A DNA stretch of 64,000 bases from an uncultured delta proteobacterium (GTDB taxonomy: Bacteria > Myxococcota > Myxococcia > Myxococcales > Myxococcaceae). A program made the position numbers and the translations under genes. Below are positions 35,587 through 44,830 of this stretch, in pieces (position 1 is the stretch's first letter; the number at the start of each line of letters is the position of its first letter). The stretch covers positions 992,001 to 1,056,000 of the forward strand of contig CAWCKH010000004.1 of assembly GCA_963796055.1 (NCBI GenBank). The letters are read 5' to 3'. Under the pieces are notes generated by a model, which worked only from the letters and a program-made list of their open reading frames with translations, had not been told where the DNA came from and did not search any database.

Positions 35587-38500
35587 ATGCGTCGCCTCCT
35601 CCCCGTCCTGGTGCTCGCGCTCTGCGCCTGCGCCCACGTCGCACCCTCTCCCACCGCGGTGCTCGACGACGCCGCGGGCCGCGCGAAGGACGCCGACGCC
35701 CCGGCCCGGACCGTGGCCCTCGCCGCCTTCCACGCCCTGCTGGTGGAGAACCAGCCGGAGCGCGCCCGGTCCCTCGCCGAGGATGCCCTTCGCCGCGACC
35801 CCCGTGAGCCCTACGCGCTCGCGCTGCAGGGCGTGCTCGCCCACCGCGACGGACACCCCGAGGCGGCGCTCGACGCGGCTCTCCGGCTGGTCCGGGCGGC
35901 GCCGAAGCACCCCCTGGCCACCGCGGCGGCGCGGGAGATCCAGGACAGGGCGGGGACGGCAGGCTCGCTGGACGCGCGCATCCTCGCCGAGGCACCCCAG
36001 GCGCTCGCCGCGGGCGCGGGCGGCGAGACCGCGGTCCTTCTCCGCCAGGCGCTCGCCCAGCTGCAGTTCCTCGACCAGCGGCCCGAGCTGGCCGAGACCC
36101 GGGCGGCGGCGGGGGTGCCGGCGGAGGTCACCGTCCTCGGGCCACTGTCCCCGCTGCACCTGCTCGCCTTCGGAGAGCGCACCGAGTCGGAGCGCACCGG
36201 CGCCATCCCGGACACGGTGGACGGCCCCTTCGGCGCGACCAGTCCCCGGGTCCTCCCGCTCTCCTCCGGCGGGAGGCTGTCGCTCGAGGCCGAAGGGCTC
36301 GCCGGAGACGTCTACGTGGTGGCGGTGGACGTCGAGGTGCCCGCGGCGGCGCTCTACGTGGTCCGTGCGACCAGCCCCAGCACCCACCGGATGCTGCTCG
36401 ACGGCACCCTGCTCTACGAGCGCCGGACGTACGAGCGGCCGGGTTCCACCGTCGCGGTGCGCGCGGTCCGCCTGGAGCCCGGCGTCCATCGGCTCCTGGC
36501 GGTGCTGCTCAAGGAGGAGCGCACCGGCTCGCTGGCGTTCACCGTGTCGCGGGCGGACGGGCAACCTTCGGGCCTGCGCCTGTCGGCCGCGCGGGGGCCA
36601 GCGCCGCGCTGGAGCGGGGTGAAGGTGGAGGATGCCCCGGGCTTCCACCCGGACGCGGCGAGCATGGAGGCCGCGCTGGAGAGCGAGGCGGGCCGGTCGC
36701 TGGCCACCTACCTCGCCGCCCGCGACGCGGAGGGCCGGGACGTGGACGGCGCCCGGCGGATGCTCTCGGAGCTGGGGCCGCCGCCGCCCGCCGCGGCCTG
36801 GAACGTGCTCTCGGCGGACCTGGCCCTGCGCGACCGGAGCCTCCCCACCAAGGTGGCGCAGGGCCGGGCGACGCGGGACCTCGAGGTCGCGGTGGAGCGG
36901 GACCCGGCGAACGTCGGCGCCCTGCTGGCTCGCGGCTTCCTGGCGATCAACGATCAGCGGGTGGACCAGGCGGTGGCGCTCGCTGCCCGGGCGCGCGCGG
37001 CGCACTCTCCGGTGGGGACGCCGCTGCTGTCGCTCGAGTCACGGATCGCGCTGGCCCAGGGCGTGGACGCGCAGGCGGACACCCTGGCCCGGCAGAGCCT
37101 CGAGCAGGTCCCCGGGCTCTGCGAGGCGCTGCTGGTCCGCTACGACGTCGCCCGGCGGCGTGACGCGGTGGCCACCAGCGACGGGCTCCTCGACGCCCTC
37201 TCCACCTGCCCCGGCGAGCAGCTCCGGCGGGTGAACCACTGGAAGCTCCGCGGCCAGCTGGACCGGGCGCTGGGGGAGATGCGACAGCTCCGGGCGCGGC
37301 TCCCCGGGGACTTGACGCTCGGCGCGCAGGAGGCGGATCTCCTGGTGGCGCTGCGGCGGACGGACGAGGCGGCGGCGCTGCTCCGGGGCCTCACCGCGCT
37401 GCGTCCCCGCGACCCGTCGCTCTGGAAGCGCCTCGGTGACACCCTGGCGCTGGGCAAGCACCCCGCCGAGGCGCTGGACGCGCGCGAGCGGGCGCTCACC
37501 CTGGATGGCTCGGACCTCTCGCTGCGGCGCACGGTGGAGCGGGCCAGGACCGGGAAGGAGATCCTCGCCGAATTCGCCATCGACGGGCGGAAGGCGCTCA
37601 AGGCCTTCGACGCGCGGGGGAGCAACGTCGAGGGCTCGAGCGTGCTGGTGGTGGACGCCGCGGCGACCCGGGCCTTCGCCGACGGCTCGATGGTGGACCG
37701 CATCCACACCGTGGAGAAGGTGCTGGACCAGAGCGCGGTGGCCCGCGTGGCCGAGGTGCAGGTGCCGCAGGGGGCGCAGGTGCTGGCGCTCCGGACGCTC
37801 AAGGCCGATGGCACGGTGCTCGAGCCCGAGAGCCTGGACAAGGACACGGTGAGCCTCCCCGGCGTGGGTGTAGGCGACGCGGTGGAGTTCGAATATCTCC
37901 TGTCGCATCCGGCGCGGCGTGCGGCGAGCCCGGGCTGGACCGCGGGCGCGTTCTACTTCCAGGTGGGGGGACGGCGGACGACTGGGCGACGTACGCGGTC
38001 CTCGCGCCGCGCGGCTCGGGGATGACGGTGGACGCGCACAACATGCCCGCTCCGCCGGTGAAGACGGAAGGTGACCAGGACGTGCTGCGGGCGGAGGTGC
38101 GCGGCGCTCCGGCGCTGGTGCCCGAGCCCAACGCGCCACCGTCGGGGACCGAGCAGCTCCCCTTCCTCGTCGTCGGTGCCGGCGACACCGGGCCAGGCGG
38201 GCTGCTCACCGCCACCGGCGACGCGCTGAGCGCGCGGGCGCAGCGGACCTTCGAGGTCGAGGCCTTTGCCCATACGGCCACGGCTGGAAAGTCGGGGCTG
38301 GAGGCGGTGCGGGCGCTGCACGCGGCGGTGATGGACCGCATCCCGGGGCGGGACTCCGGACTGGCGCTCAGCGCGGCCAGCACCCTGGCGCAGGATCGGG
38401 GAAGCCGGCTGTGGCTGCTCAAGGCGGCGCTCGAGGCGGAGGGCTTCCCCGCGCGCCTGGCGGTGGTGCGGACGTTCGCCACCGACCCCAACCCTTACCG

Positions 38501-39371
38501 GTTCCCCAACGAGAATCTCTTCCCCTACGTGTGCCTGCGGGTGGAGGTGCCAGGCCGCGAGCCGGTGTGGCTGGACACCGTGATCCGCTACGGCCCGTTC
38601 GGCTTCCTTCCCGAGCAGGCGGCGAACGGCCGGGAGGCGTACCTGCTTCCCGAGCCGGGACGGCCGCTGGTGGCGCTGAAGACGCCAGCGCAGCCACCGC
38701 TCGGAGGGCGCGAGGTGAAGCTCGACCTGGCGCTGGCCGAGGACGGGACGCTCAGCGGCAACGTGCTCGAGGTGTACAGCGGCTTCGAGGCGGCGCAGCT
38801 GGCCGAGACGCTGGAGGGAGTGTCCAACGAGCAGCGGGACCAGGCGCTGCAGCAGGCGCTGTCCCGCTACTTCGGCGGGGCACAGCTGTCGGACCTCCGG
38901 CTGGACGTGAAGCGGGCGGTGGGGGCGCCACTGTCGCTGCGCTACCACTTCGTCGCGCCGAGGTTCGCCCGGGTGGACGAGGGCCGGATGACGCTCGGCC
39001 CACTCACCTACCCCGCGCAGGTGGGGCGGCGGTACGTGACGGTGGGGACGCGCCGCTCGCCGCTGTTCATCGACTCCACGGAGCAGAACGTGAGCCACGT
39101 CGCGCTCCGGCTCCCACCCGGCTGGCACATCGACGACCCGCTGAAGGGCGGGAAGCTGGAGAGCCCGTTCGGCCTCTTCACCCGCGACGAGCAGGGGGCG
39201 GACGTGTTCCGGGTGGAGGAGCGCTACCGGCTGGACATGGCGCGCATTCCGGTGAACCAGTACGAGGCGTTCGCCAGCTTCGCAGGCCAGGTGGACCTGC
39301 TCCAGACGCGGGACCTGGTGGCGATCAAGCCGGGCGCGCTGAAGAACCCCGCCGGGCGGACCCAGCGCTGA
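35587..39371 (+). CDS. Large TPR lipoprotein with DUF3857/transglutaminase-like region; frameshift near 37965
   Basis: LCAC lipobox, TPR-like helices, RTLKADGTVLEP..GDAVEFEY, VWLD, HVALRLPPGW. Confidence 0.75.
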
Positions 39372-39390
39372 GCTTCGTTCGGCCCCCCGG

Positions 39391-39667
39391 AACGAGGTGT
39401 CCCGGAACGAGGTGTCTGGCACCTCCCGGTCGGGTACCCGTAACGAGGCGTAACGAGGTGTCCGGAACGAGGTGTCTGGCACCCCGTCCGCGGCGCGACC
39501 GTCCGTAACGAGGCGTCTGGCACCTCCCGGCCGGGCACCTTCCCGGTCGTAACGCGGCGTAACGAGGTGTCCTTAACGAGGTGTCTGGCACCTCGTCCGG
39601 GCACCTCGTCCGGGCACCTCGTCCGGGGGGTAACGAGGTGTCTGGCACCCTGTCCGGGTACCTCGAC
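39391..39667 (+). repeat. Largest REP-like cluster: five cores plus many half copies, between convergent genes
   Basis: Cores near 39407, 39466, 39505, 39574, 39630; full hairpin 39577-39595; ggcacctcgtcc x3. Confidence 0.92.
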
Positions 39668-39669
39668 CG

Positions 39670-40110
39670 TCAGGGCCCGGCGCGGGCCGGCACAACCTGC
39701 CTTCGCCGCAGGGCATCGAGGCTCCAGGGTCCGGCGCCCGCGGCGGAGATGTAGAGCCAGACGAAGCAGAACAGCACGGCCGGGTGTCCCCCGTTGAGCA
39801 CCGGCCAGAAGCCCTGCGGGGCGTGACCGTGGAAGTACGCCACGGCCATCTCGCCCGAGAGGATGAAGGCGACCGGGCGGGTGAAGAGCCCGAGCAGCAG
39901 CAGCGGCCCGCCCACCAGCTCCAGGAGGGCGGCGACCCCCAGGAGCGAGGCGAGTGGGACGGCCCTTCCGTCGGGCATCAGCGGGCCTGGCCACACGAGG
40001 AGCTTGGCCGTCCCGAACTGAAGGAAGAGGAAGGCGGCGACGATGCGCAGGATGCTCAGCAGCTGCGGCGCCCAGCCGACCCACCGGGCGACGAGACTCT
40101 GTTCGGCCAT
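39670..40110 (-). CDS. DoxX-family membrane protein
   Basis: LSILRI, LGLFTRPVAFILSGEMAVAYF, GAGPWSLD. Confidence 0.92.
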   Translation of the reverse strand: MAEQSLVARWVGWAPQLLSILRIVAAFLFLQFGTAKLLVWPGPLMPDGRAVPLASLLGVAALLELVGGPLLLLGLFTRPVAFILSGEMAVAYFHGHAPQGFWPVLNGGHPAVLFCFVWLYISAAGAGPWSLDALRRRQVVPARAGP

Positions 40111-40306
40111 GAAACCTCCCCGCGAAGGGTTCACGATGGTACGCGCGGGACGGCGGCTCCAACCGCAGGCCGCGTCCAGCACCGCTCACCGCCCGACAGG
40201 AGTCGAGGCGCCTCTCCCACCGGCAGCCAGGGAACCTCCACTCGCTGCCCCCGCCATCGCTGCGCCCGAATCGACCGACAAGCTTCCGGGCCTGATGCCC
40301 GAACGG

Positions 40307-40825
40307 ATGTCTGTGCTCACGAGGGTCTTCCTCGCCACCGTCGTGGTGGCCGCGGCCGACCTCGCCGATGCGGTGGTGATCTGGGTGGTTCTGTTCCAGC
40401 GCAGCACCGTGCAGCGCATCCTCCAGAGCATCGCCTCGGGTCTCCTCGGCCCGGACGCCTTCCGCGGTGGGAGCACGACCGCGCTGCTCGGACTCGGCCT
40501 GCATCTCACGATCGCGCTGGGATGGACGCTGGTCTTCCTCGCCCTCCTCCAGCGCTGGCCATGGCTCCGAGCACGGACCCGCGCCGTCCGGGGAGCCGTG
40601 CTGGTCGGGCTGGTCTACGGTGCCGCGGTCTGGCTGCTGATGGACGGCGTGGTGCTGCCGCTCAGCCGGGCGCGGGCGGTCTCGCCCACGGTGGCGTGGT
40701 TCTGGATCCAGCTCGCCACCCATCCGCTGGTGGTCGGACTGCCGATCGCGCTCATCCTCCGGGGCGTCCAGCCATTCGCCGCGCCACTCGCGGCAGTCTC
40801 CGCGGCGGCACGTGGGGATCGCTGA
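40307..40825 (+). CDS. Hypothetical membrane protein (about four TM segments)
   Basis: QSIASGLLG..AF.GG, GLHLTIA, HPLVVGLPIA; start uncertain. Confidence 0.75.
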   Translation: MSVLTRVFLATVVVAAADLADAVVIWVVLFQRSTVQRILQSIASGLLGPDAFRGGSTTALLGLGLHLTIALGWTLVFLALLQRWPWLRARTRAVRGAVLVGLVYGAAVWLLMDGVVLPLSRARAVSPTVAWFWIQLATHPLVVGLPIALILRGVQPFAAPLAAVSAAARGDR

Positions 40826-40837
40826 ACGACGCCACCC

Positions 40838-42394
40838 TCAGATCGCGATCTCGCCCGCCCGGTCGTGCCGGGGCAGGGCCACGTAGAAGGTCGCCCCCTG
40901 GTCGGGCACCCCCACGCCCCACACCCTCCCTCCATGCCGCTGCACGATGCGCCGCACGTGCGCCAGCCCGATGCCGGTGCCCTCGAACTCGTCCGCCCGG
41001 TGCAGCCGCTGGAAGACGCCGAAGAGCTTGTGGGCGTACTTCATGTCGAAGCCCACTCCGTTGTCCCGGACGTAGACGATGTCCTCGGCGCCCGGGACGT
41101 TCACCGTCCCCACCTCGACCCGCGCCTGCCGTCGCATGCGGGTGTACTTCAGCGCGTTGCCGAGCAGGTTTCGCAACACGAGGAGCAGCATCGACGGATC
41201 ACCCTGGACGGTGGGGAGCCCGTGGACCACCCACTCCACCTCGCGCCCCTCCTGCTCGTGGAGCAGCCCCTCCCGGGCCAGACGGAGCACGGAGTCGAGG
41301 TCCACGCTGACGGCGCGAAGCTCGGCCCTGGACACCCTGCTGAAAGAAAGCAGGTCGTCCACCATCTGGACCGCCTCGGCGGCGGTGCTCCGGAGCATCG
41401 CCACGTAGCTGCGCTCGCGGGCGTCGAGGCGAGAGCCGGCGCTCTCGTCGAGGAGCCGGGTGAAGCCACCCAGCTGGCGGAGCGGCGCCCGAAGGTCGTG
41501 GCTCACCGAGGAGGTGAACGCCCCGAGCTCGGCGTTCACCGCGGCCAGCGCCTGGGTCCGCTCGGCGACGCGCTGCTCGAGCGAGGAGTTGAGCGCGCGG
41601 ATGGCCTGCTCGCGCTCGTCCATCGCCGTCACCGCCTCGGCGTGGCTCCGGGCCAGGGCCAGGAGCTGCCGGCGGCTGGTGTATCCGAGTAGCAGCGCCA
41701 GCATCCCCACGCACCCCAGCGACAGCCAGAACAGCAGCCGGCCGGTGAGCGCCGCGTGCTCGGCCCGTTCGCGGCGGCGCGCCTGCTCGCTCTCGCCGAG
41801 GGTGTCGAGTACCGCGAGCATGCTGGAGAGCCGTTGCACGCCCTCGCCGGCCTTGAAGTAGTGGATGTAGTCGTCGCCCGACTCGAAGAGCGCGCGCTCC
41901 CAGACGGCGTACCGGCTCCAGTCCCGCGCCATCGTCTCGACGATCTCCAGTCGCGCGAGCTGGTCCGGGTGGTTGCGCAGGAGGAGCCGCAAGCTCTGGA
42001 TCGTCTCGGTGACCTTGCCGTCGGCGCGCTCGAGCGGCCCGAGGAAGCTCCCGTCACCGGAGAGGAGGTATCCGCGCAGCCCGGTCTCCCGATCGACCAG
42101 CAGCTCGCGGAGCCGTGCCAGCTGCGCGAGCACCTGGTCCGACCGCTGCGTCAGCCGTGCCTGGTGAACCAGCAGCGCCACCCCGCTGCCCAGCGCCACC
42201 GCGAGGAGCGTGAGCAGGATCGCCGGGATGAGGAACGCGTGGGTGAGCAGCCGCCGGAACTCGACCGACTCGTGGGCGAGCGGCGCGGAGGGCGGCGTGA
42301 GGCCGGGAGGGAGCTGGACGGAGGCACCGGGCGAGGCGGCGGTCGTCGGAGCGGGCTCGCCGAGAGGCTCGGCAACGGAGTGCGGGGCGTGCAC
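40838..42394 (-). CDS. CHASE3 sensor histidine kinase
   Basis: DRETGLRGYLLSGD (CHASE3), SHDLRAPLR, NALKY, DNGVGF, GTGIGL. Confidence 0.93.
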   Translation of the reverse strand: MHAPHSVAEPLGEPAPTTAASPGASVQLPPGLTPPSAPLAHESVEFRRLLTHAFLIPAILLTLLAVALGSGVALLVHQARLTQRSDQVLAQLARLRELLVDRETGLRGYLLSGDGSFLGPLERADGKVTETIQSLRLLLRNHPDQLARLEIVETMARDWSRYAVWERALFESGDDYIHYFKAGEGVQRLSSMLAVLDTLGESEQARRRERAEHAALTGRLLFWLSLGCVGMLALLLGYTSRRQLLALARSHAEAVTAMDEREQAIRALNSSLEQRVAERTQALAAVNAELGAFTSSVSHDLRAPLRQLGGFTRLLDESAGSRLDARERSYVAMLRSTAAEAVQMVDDLLSFSRVSRAELRAVSVDLDSVLRLAREGLLHEQEGREVEWVVHGLPTVQGDPSMLLLVLRNLLGNALKYTRMRRQARVEVGTVNVPGAEDIVYVRDNGVGFDMKYAHKLFGVFQRLHRADEFEGTGIGLAHVRRIVQRHGGRVWGVGVPDQGATFYVALPRHDRAGEIAI

Positions 42395-42522
42395 GTGGGC
42401 GAAGGAGCCCGGTTTCTAGCACGCCCGCCATGCGGGCTTGCCGCTGGCGCCGTTGTCGGATACCCGCGCCGTTGCACCCGCACGCACATCCATCGACTCC
42501 ACCTGCTTCTTGCGCGCCCTGC

Positions 42523-43713
42523 TCAGACGAGGCGGGCGCTGATCTCCTGGTGGAGGTGGGCGCCCCGCCGGGTGAGCCGGAGCCGAGGCCCGACCGGCTC
42601 CAGGAATCCGTCGCGGACGAGCGCCTCGACCTGGGCGGTGCGCGGGGGAATGCCATGCCCGGCCCAGAGCGCGGCCAGATCCAGCCCCGAGCGGAGCCGC
42701 AGCCCGAGCAGCAGGCGCTCCTCGTAGAGGGCGGCGTCGTCGAGCGTCTCCCGATCCTCGTCCGGGTGGCGTCCCGACCCGACCGCCTCGAGCCAGCGTG
42801 GCGTGCTGCGAAGGTTCGTGGTGCGAACACCGCCCGCACCATGGCGATGGAAGCCGACCGCGCCGGCCCCGAGGGCGAGCGACTCTCCGCCGGTCCAGTA
42901 CAGGGCGTTGTGGCGCGCGTGTCGACCCGGGACCGCGTGGCTGGAGATCTCGTACCGCTCGAGGCCCGCACTGGCGAGCACCTCACCCACGGCGTCCACC
43001 ATCTCCACCACCGCCCCGTCGTCCGGAAGCGCGAGCCGGCCCTGGCGGAGGCGGCGGCTGAACACCGTCTCGGCGCCGAGGTGCTCGCGGTCCACCGTCA
43101 GCACGTAGGACGAGACGTGCTCCGGCCCGAGCGCGGCCGTGCGACGGGCATCCTCGACCGCCGCGGCGAGCGACTGACCCGGCACTCCATGGATCAGGTC
43201 GACGGAGACGTTCTCGAATCCCGCGGCGCGCGCTGCACCGAAGGCGGCGTCCGCGTCGGCAGGGGAGTGCGCCCGGCCGAGCGTGGTCAGCACCGCGGCC
43301 TCGAACGACTGGATGCCGAGCGACAGCCGGTTCACGCCCGCGGCCCGGTAGCCGGCCAGCCGCGCGGCGTCGGCCACCTCGGGGTTCGCCTCCAGCGAGA
43401 CCTCGGCGTCGGGGGCCAGCGGAAGCGCGGCGGCGAACCCTTCGAGCACCCGGCCCACCTCGCGCGGTTCCCATAAAGAGGGGGTCCCGCCGCCGAGATA
43501 GACCGAGTCAAGAAGCCGCTCGGCCCAGGCCGGGCGCTCCTCGAGGCGCAGGCGCAGCTCGGCCAGCACCGCGTCGGCGTAGCGCGCCCCGGGAATCGAC
43601 CGCGCGATGGCAATGGTGAAGTCGCAATACGGGCATCGCCGCAGGCAGTACGGGAAGTGCACGTACAGCCCGGAGCGCGCGACCTCGAGCCCGGTGAGCG
43701 GATCGACCTCCAT
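42523..43713 (-). CDS. hemW: Radical SAM heme chaperone HemW
   Basis: YVHFPYC..RCPYCDF, GGGTPS, YEISS, HNALYW. Confidence 0.92.
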   Translation of the reverse strand: MEVDPLTGLEVARSGLYVHFPYCLRRCPYCDFTIAIARSIPGARYADAVLAELRLRLEERPAWAERLLDSVYLGGGTPSLWEPREVGRVLEGFAAALPLAPDAEVSLEANPEVADAARLAGYRAAGVNRLSLGIQSFEAAVLTTLGRAHSPADADAAFGAARAAGFENVSVDLIHGVPGQSLAAAVEDARRTAALGPEHVSSYVLTVDREHLGAETVFSRRLRQGRLALPDDGAVVEMVDAVGEVLASAGLERYEISSHAVPGRHARHNALYWTGGESLALGAGAVGFHRHGAGGVRTTNLRSTPRWLEAVGSGRHPDEDRETLDDAALYEERLLLGLRLRSGLDLAALWAGHGIPPRTAQVEALVRDGFLEPVGPRLRLTRRGAHLHQEISARLV

Positions 43714-43804
43714 GGAGGAAAGGGCTGTACACCGACGAGGAGCCGTCCGGCGACTCCGTGGCCGGGTGACCGTCGGTGGTGCTCAGCGACTGCGCGCGAC
43801 ACTC

Positions 43805-44038
43805 CCCCGGCGCCGCCCGACCGATTCGGTATGTGGAAGGCCGTTGCAGGCACAAAACCGGTCGCTCGCCGGGGCGGGCGTGGAGCGGCCCAGCGCCTCC
43901 AGAGCGTTCGGTCTCGCGCCGGCCAGCCGGAACGGGCACGACAGCGGGTCACCAGGCCACAGAGGCTCCCAGGGGCGTTAAAACCCGTTGAGCATCCGGC
44001 ACACCCCTGGTGCCCGGTGGGCCACCCCCCCCCGCCAG
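43805..44038 (-). ncRNA. Candidate structured RNA / 5' leader of hemW (family not recognised)
   Basis: Two long imperfect hairpins whose mismatches become G-U pairs only on the minus strand. Confidence 0.3.
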
Positions 44039-44067
44039 GCACCGCCCGAAAGGACCCGCCGGTGAAG

Positions 44068-44796
44068 CTACCCGCGCCCCCGCGCGCCGGCCGGCTCAGG
44101 CTCCATCGACGCCCGGATCGCCGCCCGCGCCAGCAGCCGGGTCGAGTCCAGCGTCGGCAGCGGCGAGTTGGCGTCCGAGATGATCAGCGGAATCTCCGTG
44201 CACCCCAGCACCACCGCATCACACCCTGCGTCCTTCAGCCGTCCGATGACCGCCTGGAAGCTGCGTACTCCTTCGGCAAGGAAACGGCCGTTGACCAGCT
44301 CCTCCATGATGATCCGGCTGCACTCCAGCCGGTCCGCCTCGTCCGGGCGCACCCAGGCGAGCCCGCGCGCACCCAGCTTCTCCGGATACACCTCGCTCGC
44401 CACCAGCCACCGCGTCCCGGTGAGCCCCAGCTTCCGGAAGCCGCGGGCGGCCGCCTCCTCCGCCACCACCTCCGCGATGTGCAGCCAGGGCAGCGAAGAC
44501 CGCCCCCCGAAGAACGGGAACGCCTGGTGAATGGTGTTGTCCGGGCAGATGAGGAGGCGCGCGCCGGTCGCTGCCAGCTTCCGCGCCGAGTCCAGCATCA
44601 GCTCGGCCACGCCGGCCCAGTCGTCTCGGGTGATGCACGCGTCGTACGCCGCGAACGAGTGTCCGTGCAGCGAGACCTCCGGATGCGCGTACGGGCCGAG
44701 CACCCGGGGGGCCTCCGAGCACAGCGTGCGGTAGCAGAGCGCGGCGCCCTCGGCGGAGCAGGCGACGATCCCGATGTGGAGAGGAAGCGCGGTCAT
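44068..44796 (-). CDS. Aspartate/glutamate racemase family protein
   Basis: ICPDNTIH, LHIAE, VLGCTEIPL, LDST. Confidence 0.9.
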   Translation of the reverse strand: MTALPLHIGIVACSAEGAALCYRTLCSEAPRVLGPYAHPEVSLHGHSFAAYDACITRDDWAGVAELMLDSARKLAATGARLLICPDNTIHQAFPFFGGRSSLPWLHIAEVVAEEAAARGFRKLGLTGTRWLVASEVYPEKLGARGLAWVRPDEADRLECSRIIMEELVNGRFLAEGVRSFQAVIGRLKDAGCDAVVLGCTEIPLIISDANSPLPTLDSTRLLARAAIRASMEPEPAGARGRG

Positions 44797-44830
44797 CGCC
44801 CCGGATGCTTGCAAGGGGCGACCGGTACAG

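Noticed and set aside
39391..39667. REP clusters as CRISPR mini-arrays
   Set aside because: Irregular spacing, many half copies, and the same motif is scattered across many intergenic sites.
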